Source: Squalus acanthias (taxonomy: Eukaryota). From it: 64,000 nt of DNA. This document shows, piece after piece, positions 39,281 to 52,466 of the stretch. Position numbers and translations under genes: made by a program. The notes beneath the pieces are model-generated. The model saw only the letters and a program-made list of their open reading frames with translations, ran no database searches and had not been told where the DNA came from. Position 1 is the stretch's first letter. The number at the start of each line of letters is the position of its first letter. The stretch covers positions 78,680,001 through 78,744,000 of the forward strand of contig CM059432.1 of the NCBI GenBank assembly GCA_030390025.1, read 5' to 3'.

Positions 39281-40215
39281 GGGGCTAGAAATTCATCTAC
39301 TTACCGTCACTCCATAGTGCCATGAAATGGCAAAAAAATGGCGGCTGCCGCTCTTTCACCAGCTGGTGACAGGTCCCGTGGCGGCTGCCAATTTCCTCCC
39401 TCCCTTTGCACTGCCAGTAACTGGCAGCACCCAGGAAAAGAAATTGCGGCGTGGTAGCGTCAATCAGCATGTAACGCCGACTTAACGTCACCACTCCAAA
39501 CTTCGACCTTGCACTGAATTCAGCACTGAGTCCTAAGCATGCCAGGTAAACCTGATGTGCAAGCAGGCTGACAGTGGCGGTGTGAACACCTCTTAAAGGG
39601 ACACACACATCTTTCAGGTAAGTTTGGATTTAAGCTTTTGGACTTTTTTTTATTTTATTGAAGTAGTGGCTTGCTGCAATAGATGTTAAAAGTTTTTTAA
39701 GGATGTAGGGAGTGCTGCTGGATGCTTGCAAGGCCTCGGATGGTAAAGGAAGGCCTCTGAGAATCCAGAAAATGCTGCAAGTACTCAGCAGGTCAGGCAA
39801 CATCCGTGGAGAGAGAAACAGAGTTCACGTCTCAGGTCGAGATGGCTGCCTGACCAGCTGAATATTTCCAGCATTTTATGCTGTCATTTCGGATTTACAG
39901 CATCCGCTCGCAGAGGGAAGGGGAAGACATAGAAGAGGAAGAAGCCTAAGAGGAAGAAGCAGAAGGAAGGGTGCAACCCAGACAGCCCCTTTCTGGCCGT
40001 GATATTGCATCGGAGCAGCAGCTCAGGAGAGGTGGAACCAGGTTTTTATGGGGCCAGTTTGTACTTGATCTGCACCTGGCACTAGTGGAAGAAATCTTCT
40101 ATCCAATGCCCCCTGACATTCACTTGCACGTAATTTAAAGCGTTGAGCTGTTTTCAGGCAAAGTTGAGTGCAGGCACCAGAAAAGCCACAGAAGAAGTTC
40201 AGGTGCAGTGCCATT
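39281..40215. mobile_element. Highly degraded Harbinger-type remnant
   Basis: GGGGCTAGAAATTC terminus; reverse-strand ALHLNFFCG near 40190-40214 resembles transposase ALNFFASG. Confidence 0.4.
39766..39906. mobile_element. Degenerate inverted Penelope pseudo-LTR remnants
   Basis: AAAATGCTG..CTCAGCAGGTCAGGCA followed by the inverted CTGCCTGACCAGCTGAATATTTCCAGCATTTT; homologous to 13120-13218. Confidence 0.65.
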
Positions 40216-41034
40216 CGGGAACAAAATGGGAGGATGACATTCCTCTGGATTTATGATCACAGCCCTCACAAGTATTAGCCAGTTCCCTAAAGCATAAAAC
40301 GTGACTGTCAAACTCAAATGCGTCTTATCCATTATGTTATGTTTAAATTGTTCATCCCACAGGTGGTTTCTTACATTTCAAGCTGAATGAACAAAATATC
40401 AATTTGGGTGGCTGCACATAGCAAATTCTATATTGTGCAAACTGGGCAGATAACCTTTTTGCTTGTCCCTACTTGTCGTCACTACACAACAAAATGTTTT
40501 TGTGTGTATCAGACTAGTAATAAAAGTTCTGACGTTAGAGCTTTCTATACAAACTAAAAATCTCCTATTGTCCTCAAAGGTTGAAACATTTAAATGATAA
40601 AAATCAAGAGATTTGTGAGATCTACACTTGTGCCTTTTTTCTGAGATGCTATGTACGTCCTACTGAAATTTGAATAATAAGAAAACAAATTGATATATTG
40701 TTACAGAGCAGTTATATTTGACGCAGAGTAACAAATTCCCTGTGGGATGAACAATTTTCACGGAACATAATGGCTAAGACATGTATGAGTCTGATAGTTG
40801 CATCTTTAAAAGCTGTTCGGTTTGTGTTCCCTAGTTGCTCCACTCTTCTGAAAGCACTGACTCACGCTTGGGTATAGTTTTACAGGAACAGACAGCCCTC
40901 CAGGACCTTGCTCAAGTGACTATTTGTCATGATTATGTCTAGATAGAGAATGTCGGTGAGCTAACTGTGGGGCATCACAGCTGAGTCACATGACACCCAA
41001 ACCTTGCACTTTTCAGCAAGGATCAGCTGCAGCC

Positions 41035-42043
41035 CACAGTGCTGTTAGGGAAGGAGTTCCAGGATTTTGACCAAGCGACGATGAAGGAACGACGATATAT
41101 TTCCAAATCAGGATGGTGTGTGACTTGGAGGGGAGCTTGGAGGTGGTGGTGTTCCCATGCGCCTGCTGCCCTTGTCCTTCTAGGTGGCACAGGTCGAGAT
41201 TTTGGAAGGTGCTGTCGAAGAAGCCTTGGCGAGTTGCTGCAGTGCATCTTGTAAATGGTACACAATACAGCCACGGTGCGCCAGTGGTGGAGGGAGTGAA
41301 TGTTTATGGTGGTGGATGGGATGCCAATCAAGCACTTGTTTGATATACTTTAAAATCAAAGTGTGCCTTTAATAAATAACGATTTGCGGTGGGAATACCG
41401 ACTAATTTTTCCTTTCACTAGTCCAGGGATATTTTCGCTAATTGTAATGTTCCCACAACTACTCACTTGAGATCAAATAACTCACCACAGACCAGGGAAT
41501 GAATATGGAACCTTCTTAGTCTGTATGGCTTAATGTCACCGTAGGTGACCCTGACAAAGTTTGAATTTTTTAATTATTCATTCATGGGCTGTGGGTGTCA
41601 CTGGCAACGCCAGCATTTATTCACCATCCCTAATTGCCCTTGAGAAGGTGGTGGTGAGCTGCCTTCTTGAACCGCTGCAGTCCGTGAGGTGAAGGTACTC
41701 TCACAGTGCTGTTAGGGAGGGAGTTCCAGGATTTTGACCCAGCGACGATGAAGGAACGGCGATATACTTCCAAGTCAGGATGGTGTGTGACTTGGAGAGG
41801 AACTTGGAGGTGGTGGTGTTCCCATGCGCCTGCTGCCCTTATCCTTCTAGGTGGTAGAGGTCATGGTTTTGGGAGGTACTGTCGAAGAAACCTTGACGAG
41901 TTGCTACAGTGCATCTTGTAGATGATACACACTGCAGCCACGGTGCGCCAGTAGTTGAGGGAGTGAATGTTTAAGGTGGTGGATGGGATGCCAATCAAGC
42001 ACTCGTCTGATATACTTAAAAATCAGAGTGTGCCTTTAATAAA
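41035..42043 (-). mobile_element. Two 3' fragments of the second CR1-group LINE (~41035-41332 and ~41570-42001) sharing junction and flank
   Basis: Homologous to 25975-26400; both end GCCAATCAAGCACT followed by the same ~45-bp flank. Confidence 0.85.
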
Positions 42044-42270
42044 GAGATTAAATTGGTTTGATAATTAGTAATATTGTTGCTCTGAAAGAAACAAATCATT
42101 ATTTTTATTAATCGTTAAGGTTTGTTTGATGCAGACTTGCACACCTTTTGTTTACATATATTTCATATCTTCCTGGATATTGGTCATTGTAGTTGTGACA
42201 TCTATTGTTAATTGCATATATGCATCTGAAGTAATGTTGAGACAGGCTCAGAAGCTCGATATTAAAAAGT

Positions 42271-42600
42271 GAAAGAAAGAACTTGTATTTGTATATTGTC
42301 TTTCACGAGCTCAGGATGTCCCCAGAGCACGTCACAGCCAATGAAGCACTTTTGAAGCGTAGTCACTTATGTATTGTAGGAAAATGGACAGCCAATTTGC
42401 ACACAGCAAGATCCCACAAACAGCAATGAGGTAAATGAACAAATAATACATTTTTAGTTATATTAGTTGAGGGTTAAATATTGGCCAAGACACCAGGAGA
42501 ACTCCCCTGCTCTTCTTTGAATAATGCCATAGGATTTTTTACATTTGCCTGAGAGGGCAAATGGGGAAAAGACAGCACTTCTGTCAGTGTAGTACTCCTT
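42271..42600 (-). mobile_element. Degenerate DeuSINE
   Basis: Homologous to 16625-16916 (GAACTCCCCTGCTCTTCTTTGAATAATGCCATAGGATTTTTACA). Confidence 0.75.
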
Positions 42601-43479
42601 CTAAACTTGCTTAACTTGAAATCCAATGCCATAGGAGATTGATTAGCATGTCATTAAAAAGCGCACTTCATGTCCAACAAAATATTTTCTGTGGTCACAA
42701 TTTCTTGTCAAGCTTTTATGTCAACATTTCACCTAGAAATTGCTGATGTAAATATTATAATGGGATTTCCCTATGTAAACAGTCACTGTAAGGCCGTAGT
42801 AGCAGGCACTGGCAAGCTACAGATGCAGCCTCTGGGCACTAGGTGGCTCTGCAGAGCAATTTTCAATTTTCTAAAACCCAATTCTGACCATTATCTTGCT
42901 TTTCTGCTCGGACAGGTTTGAGTATTTGAGGTTTTCAAATTTTTGTGTTTTCTTTTATATTTTTAAATAAATATATATATGTATATATATTTGATTTTTT
43001 CATTTGTCTCCACTTCCACACCTCCTCCATGCTCTTTTTTAATGGTTCCTCAGCATGCTCTGATCTCTCCAGCCTTCCCTCTGTACTTCCCCTAAATCTT
43101 CCCCTGCTTCACCCACCTGACTCCCAACTCCTCCATGATTTTTCACCCTTTGCTTCCCAAGCTGGCCCACTCTCGAAAGCTTCCCATTTTCATCTCTGAC
43201 CCACTTCAACAACCTCCTCTCCTTTCACCCTCACCTTGTCCCCAGTTTTCAGACGTTTCTGCCATCTCTCGGGCGATTCCGCTGAAGTTAAGTTCGGGAC
43301 AACCTCCGTGGAAATTTAGGGCCAAATGTTTTCAGCAAAAATAATACAAATTACATTCCCTTTCAAACATTTTCTGACAGAGGCTGATCGTTGCAGCTCC
43401 TTACCAATAATACCAGATGGGCAGATTGTCTCATTCACTTAGAGTCTGTGTTTTTATCGTGAAGAACAAGGAAAACAAA

Positions 43480-44095
43480 ACAGGTGCTGCTTCCAGCATG
43501 CTTTCCTACACTCTCATTGAACAAGGGTTGGTTATCTGGCTTGATGGTGATGGAGGAGTGAGAGATATGCCAGACCTTGAGGTTACAGATTGAGGTGGAA
43601 GACCATTCTGCTACTGCTGATCGATATGATTCTGAAAGTATGACTATGTCAGGCTGTTGCTTCAGTGGTCTGTGGGATAGCTCTCCCAACTTTGGCACCA
43701 GTCCCCAGATGTTAATGAGGAAGGCTTTGCAGGGTTGACTTAGCTGGCTGTGCCTTCGTTATGTCTTAATTTGATGTCTAATTTGCAGCTGAGTGGTCCG
43801 TCCAGTTTCATTCTTCTTCCCCTTTGATACAACTGGGTGGCTTGCTAGACCACTTCAGAGGGCAGTCAAGAGTCAACGTTGGTGTGGGACTGGAGTCACA
43901 TATAGACCAGACTGGGGTAAGATCCGCAGGTTTCCTTCCCTAAAGGACATTAGTGAATCAGATGGGTTATTACAACAATCCGACAGGTTCATGGTTACTT
44001 TTTGTTGATACCAGCTCTTTATTCCAGATTTTTTATTTTTTTTAACCTGAATTCAAATTCTCAAACTGCCATGGTGGGATTTGAACTCGCATTGT
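43480..44095 (-). mobile_element. Degraded LINE 5' region with APE N-terminus
   Basis: PKLGELSH..QQPDIVILSESY; tRNA-B-box-like GAGTTCAAATCCC at the 5' end on -. Confidence 0.55.
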
Positions 44096-44119
44096 CTGAA
44101 TAAGAGCAAGGCTTAGTTG

Positions 44120-44420
44120 AGCTTGATGCGGTTGAGCCAGCTGTGCACCAAGGATGTTTGAGTTTGCGCTTCTTGGATTTGAGGGAGCAAGGATGGTGGC
44201 ATACGAGGGAGAATTACGGTATGGGAGATGGTGAAGATTTTCCTGGGGATGAAGGCATCAAAGATGGAGGTGAAAGGTTGGTTGAGCAAATCAACAGCTG
44301 CGGAGGAATCATGGTGAATGGAGAGTCAAACGCTAGGCAGTTGAGCAACTTGGTTGGTGAGGGATACAAGGAAGTGGTCAGACATAGCCATGTCAGTGAT
44401 CCAGAACATGGGACTTGAGA
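44120..44420 (-). mobile_element. Old L2 ORF2 fragment
   Basis: Loosely colinear with 9060-9290 of the long L2. Confidence 0.5.
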
Positions 44421-44692
44421 GGTCATAGGAGATGGTCTATATGACTCAATGGTATGCCACAATGTGCCTTTCTCACTAAGCTATGGGCACAGCCTTGCTG
44501 AAAAGGCCAGTAATTAACTTTACTACTGACTATCTTGTAGAAAAACTACACAATACTTCATGAAAAGTTATTAATTCAAAATCCTTCACAAGTTCAGCTT
44601 CTAAGAGGTATTGCACTTTAACCAGAGTGACACCATCCCAACCCCCACTGTTGATTGACCTCAGCAAATTTAAAATAGATCTTGAAAACAAT

Positions 44693-46038
44693 GGGGGTGA
44701 AATTCGATTAGGCCAGAAAACAGGCGCGGGGAGGAAAATTGGTGCTGCCTGCTCATTTACATGATTGGAGCACTGAGCTCAGCGCTAAACGCACTGCTGG
44801 TTGGCTTAGCGCTCAAGCGGGGGGCCAATATCGGGTGCAGCCTACTGGCCAATAACATTTTGCCTAAGCTCTCTGCACTACTTAAAGGTACCTTTTTGCA
44901 GAAGATCCTCATTGTCACTCTGTATGCAGCCACGGCTCAACAGGGAAGAGAGAGGGCATCTGCTGAAGCCACAGGGGAAGCACCACGTAGGAGCACACGT
45001 AAGAGGAAGGTAAAGCACAAGTAGTCACAAGGGTCATCACATGGGTGTTCTGTTGTATTGATTTTTGAGAAGCCATCCTTGAATTGTTATGATAAACAGA
45101 TTTGATGGCAAACTGTTGAAGTTGTGGCCTGTGTCATTTCGCAAATGGGACGTCCACATTGAGGGCTTAGGGCGACTTGCAATTGTCAGTATGGTGGTCA
45201 GAGTGATAGGAATCCGCAGGTTCTTGTCCATTGTCGATGCTCTGGTAAGAAGGTGCGAGCAAAAGTGTTTGATTGTGCAGGCTAAGCAAATCTGGCCAAC
45301 ATGAGTGCATCCCTTGCATCCCGGGCAGCAATGTGGTCGCGCGCTGGCCCCTTCTGGCCTGTGCAGCTTCAGGTGGGTGAGCAACAGCTTGGCGCTCCTG
45401 TTGTTGCTCCTGCTGTTGGTGGTGCTGTTGTTCAGGGTTCTGCTGCTGTCGCGGCTGGTCTTCGTCCGAATCTGATGTCCAGGAGTAAAGGAAATAAATA
45501 GTTCCCATGCTTCTGGTATATGCCTCAGTTGAGGAAGCGCTCAGTCAAGGTGGGGAGAGGGATTTCCCAGGAGGTCACACTGGAGATGGGTGTCAGGCTC
45601 CAAACTTCCACAACAATGAGTAAGCCTGCTAAAAGATCCCCCAGACCTGCGACAACAAAGTTTTGCCACCTGCAAATGATCATTGGTGAAAACTCCTTTT
45701 TAATGGTGGAGCTGCAGCTGTTAGTAAGCAATCCACTTGTGAGGCAGCCAGGATTGACTGGCGTGTTCCAGAGGAGATGTGCAGGATGGGGGAAATGTGT
45801 TAAAATCAGAAAGGCCTCTCAAAATGGGATTATAGAGGCAATTAACTGGTTGTTAAGGGCCTTAAGGGCCTATCCCGCCTCTTGGAGGCGGGATGGAAAC
45901 GCGGTCTGAAGCCACGAATGTGGGAAAATTGCTCAGAGGCGGGATGGAAGCGGGATCGGACCCATCCGCCATTTTTTGCTATTTTGACAACTCACACGCC
46001 TCCAAACCCGCTTCCTCGGGGCTGGTAAAATCAAGCCC
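44693..46038 (-). mobile_element. Doubly deleted, possibly chimeric Harbinger derivative
   Basis: 44958-46038 is the reverse complement of 61478-62560 (end AAAATCAAGCCC); 44693-44957 resembles the Myb-side ends at 39212 and 60131; Myb start QQGRERA fused to tail SAEATGEAPRRSTRKRK. Confidence 0.8.
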
Positions 46039-46333
46039 AGCCTCTCAGCATCTACCCTCTCAAGCCCTCTAAGAATTTTATCTGTTTCAATGAGATCACC
46101 ACTCATTCTTCTAAACTCCAGAGAATATAGGTCCATTCTATTTCATCTCTCTTCATAGGACAACCCTCTCATTCCAGGAATCATTCTAGTGAACATTTGT
46201 TGCTCCCCCTCTAAGGCAAGTATATCTTTCCTTATCTTTCCTTAGGTAAGGAGACCAAAACTGTACACAGTACTCCAAGTGTGGTCTCACCAAAGCTCTA
46301 TATAATTGCAGCAAGACTTCCTTACTCTTACAC
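46039..46333 (-). mobile_element. CR1 RT C-terminal fragment
   Basis: LYSLEFRRMSGDLIET..LRGLERVD; homologous to 32510-32790. Confidence 0.8.
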
Positions 46334-46334
46334 T

Positions 46335-47413
46335 AGCCGCGCCTCTAGACAAACTGTTCCAGTACAGCTACAACACTGGCATCTAACCGACAATGTGGAA
46401 AACTGCCCAGGTATGTCCTGTCCACAAAAAGCAGGACAAATCCAACCCAGCCAATTACCGCCCCATCAGTCTACTCTCAATCATCAGCAAAGTGACAGAA
46501 GGTATCATCGACAGTGCTATCAAGCAGCACTTACTCACCAATAACCTGCTCATTGATGCCCAGTTTGGGTTCCGCCAAGACCACTCGGCTCCGACCTCAT
46601 TACAGCCTTGGTCCAAACATGGACAAAGGAGGCTGAATTCCAGAAGTGAGGTGAGAGTGACTGCCCTTGACATCAAGGCAGCATTTAACCGAGTCTGGCA
46701 TCAAGGAGCCCTAGTAAAACTGAAGTCAATGGGAATCAGGGGGAAAACGCTCCACTGGCTGGAGTCATACCTAGCACAAAGGAAGATGGTTGTGGTGGTT
46801 GAAGGTCAATCATCACAGCCCCAGGACATCGCCGCAGGAGTTCCTCAGGGCAGTGTCCTAGGCCCAACCATCTTCAGCTGCTTCATCAATGACCTTCCCT
46901 CCAACATAAGGTCAGAAATGGGGATGTTCGCTGATGACTGCACAGTGTTCAACGCCATTCACAACTCCACAGATAATGAAGCTGTCCATGCCCGCATGCA
47001 ACAAGACCTGGACAACGTTCAGGCTTGGGATGATAAGTGGCAGGTAACATTCGTGCCACAGAAGTGCCAGGCAATGACTATCTCCAACAAGCGAGAGTCT
47101 AACCACCTCCCCTTGACATTCAATGGCATTACCATCGCCGAATCCCCCACTATCAACATCCTGGGGGTCACCATTAACCAGAAACTTAACTGGACCAGCC
47201 ACATAAATACTGTGGCAACAAGAGCAGGTCAGAGGCTAGGTATTCTGTGGCGAGTGCCTCACCTCCTGACTCCCCAAAGCCTTTCCACCATCTACAAGGC
47301 ACAAGTAAGGAGTGTGATGGAATACTCTCCACTTGCCTGGATGAGTGCAGCTCCAACAACACTCAAGAAGCTCGACACCATCCAGGACAAAGCAGCCCGC
47401 TTGATTGGCACCC
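46335..47413 (+). mobile_element. Second CR1-group LINE, RT fragment
   Basis: WKTAQVCPVHKK..NYRPISLLS..QFGFR..LDIKAAFNRVWH..GVPQGSVLGP..FADD..VRSVMEYS. Confidence 0.88.
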
Positions 47414-50400
47414 CAGCTCCTGTTTCTTATGTTCAAACATTTAACCGGTCTATATCCGGTCTATAATTAGGTTAAGGGATAGGTCAATAGAGTTGCAGTG
47501 GCAGACATTTAAGGGGATATTTCAAAATACACAGAATATATACATTCCAACAAGAAAGAAAAATTCCAAGGGGAGGAACCACCATCTGTGGTTAACTAAA
47601 AAAGTTAAAGATAGTATTAAACTTAAAGAAAAAGCATATAATTGGGCAAAGATGGGTAGCAGGTCAGAAGATTGGACAGAATATAAAAAACAGCAAAGAA
47701 TGACTAAAAGATTAATAAGGAGCGAAAAATTAGAGTATGAGAGAAAGCTAGCTAGAAATTAAAACCAGATAGTAAGAGTTTCTATAGATATTTAAAAAAG
47801 AAAAGAGTTAACAAAGTGAGCGTTGGTCCTATAGAAAGTGAGTCTGGGGAATTAATAATGGAAAATAAGGAGATGGCAGTTGAATTGAACAGGTATTTTG
47901 CATCGGTCTTCACTATAGAGGATACAAGTAACATCCCAGAAATAGCTGTAAATCAGGAAATAGAAGGGAGGGAGGAACTCAAGAAAATTATAATCACCAG
48001 GGAAGTGGTACTGAGCAAATTGTTGGAGCTGCGGGCTGACAACTCCCTGGGTCCTGATGGACTTCATCCTAGGGTCTTAAAAGAAGTGGCTAGTGAGATA
48101 GTTGATGCGTTGGTTTTAAATTTCCAAAATTCCCTAGATTCGGGGAAGGTTCCATTAGATTGGCAAATAGCGAATGTAACTCCTTTATTCAAAAAGGGAG
48201 GGAGACAGAAAGCAGGAAACTACAGGCCAGTTAGCTTAACATCTGTCATAGGGAAGATGTTAGAAGCTATTATTAAAGACGTTATAGCAGGGCACTTAGA
48301 AAAGTTCAAAGTAATCAGGCAGAGTCAACATGGTTTTGTGCAAGGGAAATCATGTTTAACCAATGTATTGGAGTTCTTTGAGGAAGTAACATGTGCTGTG
48401 GATAAAGGGGAACCGGTGAATGTACTGTACTTAGATTTCCAGAAGGCATTTGATAAGGTGCCACATCAAAGGTTATTGCGGAAAATAAAAGCTCATGGTG
48501 TAGGGGGTAACATATTGGCATGGATAGAAGATTGGCTAACTAACAGGAAACAGAGAGTAGGCCTAAATGGGTCATTTTCTGATTGGCAAGATGTAACGAG
48601 TGGTGTGCCACAGGGATCAGTGCTGGGGCCTCAACTTTTTACAATTTATATAAATGACTTGGATGAAGGGTCCAAAGGTATGGTTGCTAAATTTGCTGAT
48701 GACACAAAGATAGGTAGGAAAGTAAATTGTGAAGAGGACATAAGGAGGAGGCTACAAAGGGATATAGATAGGTTAAGTGAGTGGGCAAAGATCTGCCAAA
48801 TGGAGTATAATGTGGGAAAATGTGAAGTTGTCCATTTTGGCAGGAGGAATAAAAAGGAAGCATATTATCTAAATGGTGAGAGATTGCAGAGCTCTGAGAT
48901 GCAGAGGGATCTGGGTGTCCTAGTGCATGAATCGCAAAAGGTTCGTATGCAGATACAGCAAGTAATTCGGAAAGCTAATAGAATGTTATCGTTTATTGCG
49001 AGGGGAATTGAACACAAAAGTAGGGAGGTTATGCTTCAGTTATACAGGGCATTGGTGAGACCACATCTGGAGTACTGTGTACAGGATTGGTCTCCTTATT
49101 TAAGGAAGGATGTAAATGCGTTGGAAGCAGTTCAGAGAAGGTTTACTAGACTAATACCTGGAATGGGCGGGTTGTCTTATGAGGAAAGGTTGGACAGGCT
49201 AGGCTTGTATCCGCTGGAGTTTAGAAGCATACAAGGTGACTTGATTGAAACATATGGGCCCAGAAATTCCATTCCCTACGGGTGTGTACGTGCTGTGTAC
49301 TCACCTGTAGGGCCAACGGAAGTGCTGGTTTTAGGCACGCACTATGCATGCGCTGGAGACCGGAACTTCTGTTCTGTGAAGAAAGGGCTTGACCGGTCAA
49401 ACGCCTGCGCCGGATAGACAGCGCATACGGCTGAAACTTCCGTTTTTTTCACAGTTGCTTCAGTCCAGGTAAGTTGGAAGCAGCTGCGCCTAGAAAAGCA
49501 GGCGTAGAGCCGGCAGCTCCTGGACATCAGGAAGAAGAACTCTCTTTCAGCAGTGGGGCTTGTGAAAGTGAGCAAAGTTCTTTGCAGAAAGCCTGAGGTA
49601 AGTTTTTATCAACAAAGAAAGTTTGTTGCAAAAGTAATTTACAGACCTGCATATTTAATGGCCGCATTGAATTAATACGAGCAGTGCAATCCTTCCGACT
49701 TTTCTTATGTGGCATATTTTCATCCAACTACAACTGACAGAGACTCTAGAATTATATTGGAAGGAAGCACCGACAATTCAACAGAAGTAATGATTGTATA
49801 CTCAAGATTTTCCTCTTTATATTTGATACAGAATTTCCTCATTAGTATTGTTGTATTTCATTTGTTAAAAACGGTTTTGGACCATGTTTTGAGTAGTGTA
49901 GTTATAAGGAGCAACTCTTGCTGTGTGCAAGGCCTAATTGAATTAGATTTTTTTCTTAAATGTGAAAATGACTTTAAAAATAAATTATTTAACATTTACA
50001 AAAGTTTTAAAAAATTATGCCAGAAAATATCAATTATATTCCTTTAAGTATGTATGTATGACGTTCTGAAAAGGTTAAAGTTATTAGAAAATCATCTCGG
50101 GCCGTGATATTCATCAGGCGGGTATGACGTGTTCCCAATCCGATACCGCACGTTTCCCACATAGCCCGACGTGATTTTCTAGCCACTCACTTTATTAAAA
50201 TTACTTTTACAACTCTTTCCATTTTTTCCTTACAAGTACTTCATCTGTTTAAAGAGGAAGCCTGTGAGGGAGAAACATGCCCTTTGAGAATGCTGCCCTG
50301 ATCCTCGGTGCGATTTTGCTTCAGAGAATTGGAAACGCCAGGGAACAAGAAAGAAGACTGAGGAACCATAACCGTCTCCTGATGAGGAGGAACTACTACC

Positions 50401-52424
50401 CACCCCAGAGAGTGTACAGGGAGAGGCTGCTAGTAGCCAACACCTTCACGAGGTGATGATCGTGTCGCCTTGTACCTCCCCTTCCCCCAGCAAGGCAAAG
50501 AAAGGAACAGACACAATTTAAAGCGAAACACTGAACTTTTATTGCAGCATCAAAGACTTTGGAGGCTCAGTTTTGATGTACATAGTTTATAACTTTTAAA
50601 TGTTAACTAGCTATTTTCTACTTTTCAAACATTTGCAAACATAATTGTTTAGAATAAAATTTGTAAACAGTTTCAAGTGACTTTTTTGGTTTCTTAGTGC
50701 AATAAAGACATTCAAGATGGAACCTAGCTATTTTCTAAATTTCAAACAGTTGTAATTTTAAATATTTTTGCAAATAAAAAAGTTGAAATTTTTTTCAAAG
50801 TGACTAGAGGCTGTACTTTTTAAATGAAAAGGTTACATACACTTTCAGTCACAAATATATATTTCAATTAAAAAAGCAATGACAACATTTAACATTTAAA
50901 TAAAATGAAAAATTAAACAACTGAACGATTTGCCCCCTCGCATCTGTGCCTGAGGGTCAAAGGAGGTGCATTGTGCAAAAGGTGACACCCTACTGTCTCC
51001 TGCGCTTTCCCCCTCCCCGTGACTGGTGCCCTCTGCTGCCAATTGAAAGGCCCTTGTGTGCCATCTCTTGCCCTTCAGCAATTGCCTCTTGACAGAGTTG
51101 CTGCTGCTACTGAAAGGCAACGTTTGCTTGCATCAGGACTGGCGGAGCTGCTGTCTTGTGGGCCCGCACTGTTTCTGCGCTGGGAGCAGGTAAGGGTGGT
51201 TCTGCGGGAGTCAAAGTAATGGCAGCAGAAAGTGGTTCAAGCAACTGCAAGAGTCGAACGAGAGACTCATTTATTTGATTAAGCGCCATTGTAACATGAT
51301 CTTGTTTTTGCAACTGCAATACTATCTCATTAAGTGACATGTTAACATCTTTACCAAGATCATCAATTCCCTGCCTGATGGAGGCAAGAGAGTCAACTTT
51401 CTTCTCAGTAAGAGTACACATCGATTGCCTCAACCCTTCAATTTGTTGCACCTGAGCTTCTACGTCATTCCGTACTGTTGAATGTCTTTCTGCTTCTCCC
51501 ACCTGCTCTGCAGTATCAGGCTAGTGTCTGTCTGTGGAACGACAGTCATCTGTGCCTCGCACAGAGCCAGAGGGGCCAGGAGATGGAGAGGTACTGTGCA
51601 GCCACCCAGGGTCCATACCCTCCTCTTCCACTAGCTGACAAAGCGCAAATTCCTCCTGCTCCTCCACCACCTCACCTTACTGCTCCCACTGCATCTGCAA
51701 CCCCTTCCCCAATGCCCTCTGTGGCCGCAGACTCAACGCACTGTTCATCCCGTGTGTGAGAAGTATGCTATCCACCTGTGGAAAGGAAACAGTAAACATT
51801 TGCAAAGGTAAAGCATGATCTGCCACATCACAGAAGCTGATATTCAACACACACCTAACATTTTTAAACATATAGCTAGCCAGACCAACTCACGTTTCCG
51901 TATACCAATGTCTGATTCTGCAGCAGCCAAGGTGCAACCGCTACTAAATCCAAACAGCTGATCGACCCTTTCCTCATGTTCGGATAAATCCCTTAGCGTG
52001 ACAACACCACCGCCTGTCAGTGCACGTTCTCTGGCGTTGTGAACAGTTTTACTCTAAAATGAAAACAGAAAATATGAAACGCCATGAAACTGCAGCTTTT
52101 TCTGCAGAGTCCACCCACCTGCATTTGAAACATGGACACAGCCTGCTTTGCAGACAGGGTTTTTTTTTCACTCACTAATTGAAATTTTACAACTCAAACC
52201 TGTGGAATCAAGATAAGAGCACAATGGATGACCCTGAGCTGGCCCCAAAGTCATAAAATTTTATGGCAAGCTCAGGTGCCTGGATAATGAAGTCACTTGA
52301 CTACACACATGCATTGAGTAGCTTTTTAAAACTAGTTCAGTTAAATTTAAAGAAATATTACAGCTGACTTTTCTAATGAGAAGTCGCACAACACCAGGTT
52401 ATAGTCCAACAGTTTTATTTGAAA

Positions 52425-52466
52425 TCACAAGCTTTCGGAGCTATCGATCGCCCCTTCCTCAGGTGA
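52425..52466 (-). ncRNA. Minimal hammerhead ribozyme motif (left arm)
   Basis: Exact reverse complement of 53534-53575. Confidence 0.7.

Noticed and set aside
47816..49417. 533-aa intact RT gene
   Set aside because: No APE domain, and the last ~53 codons are read-through into the Harbinger end; it is an interrupted CR1 ORF2.
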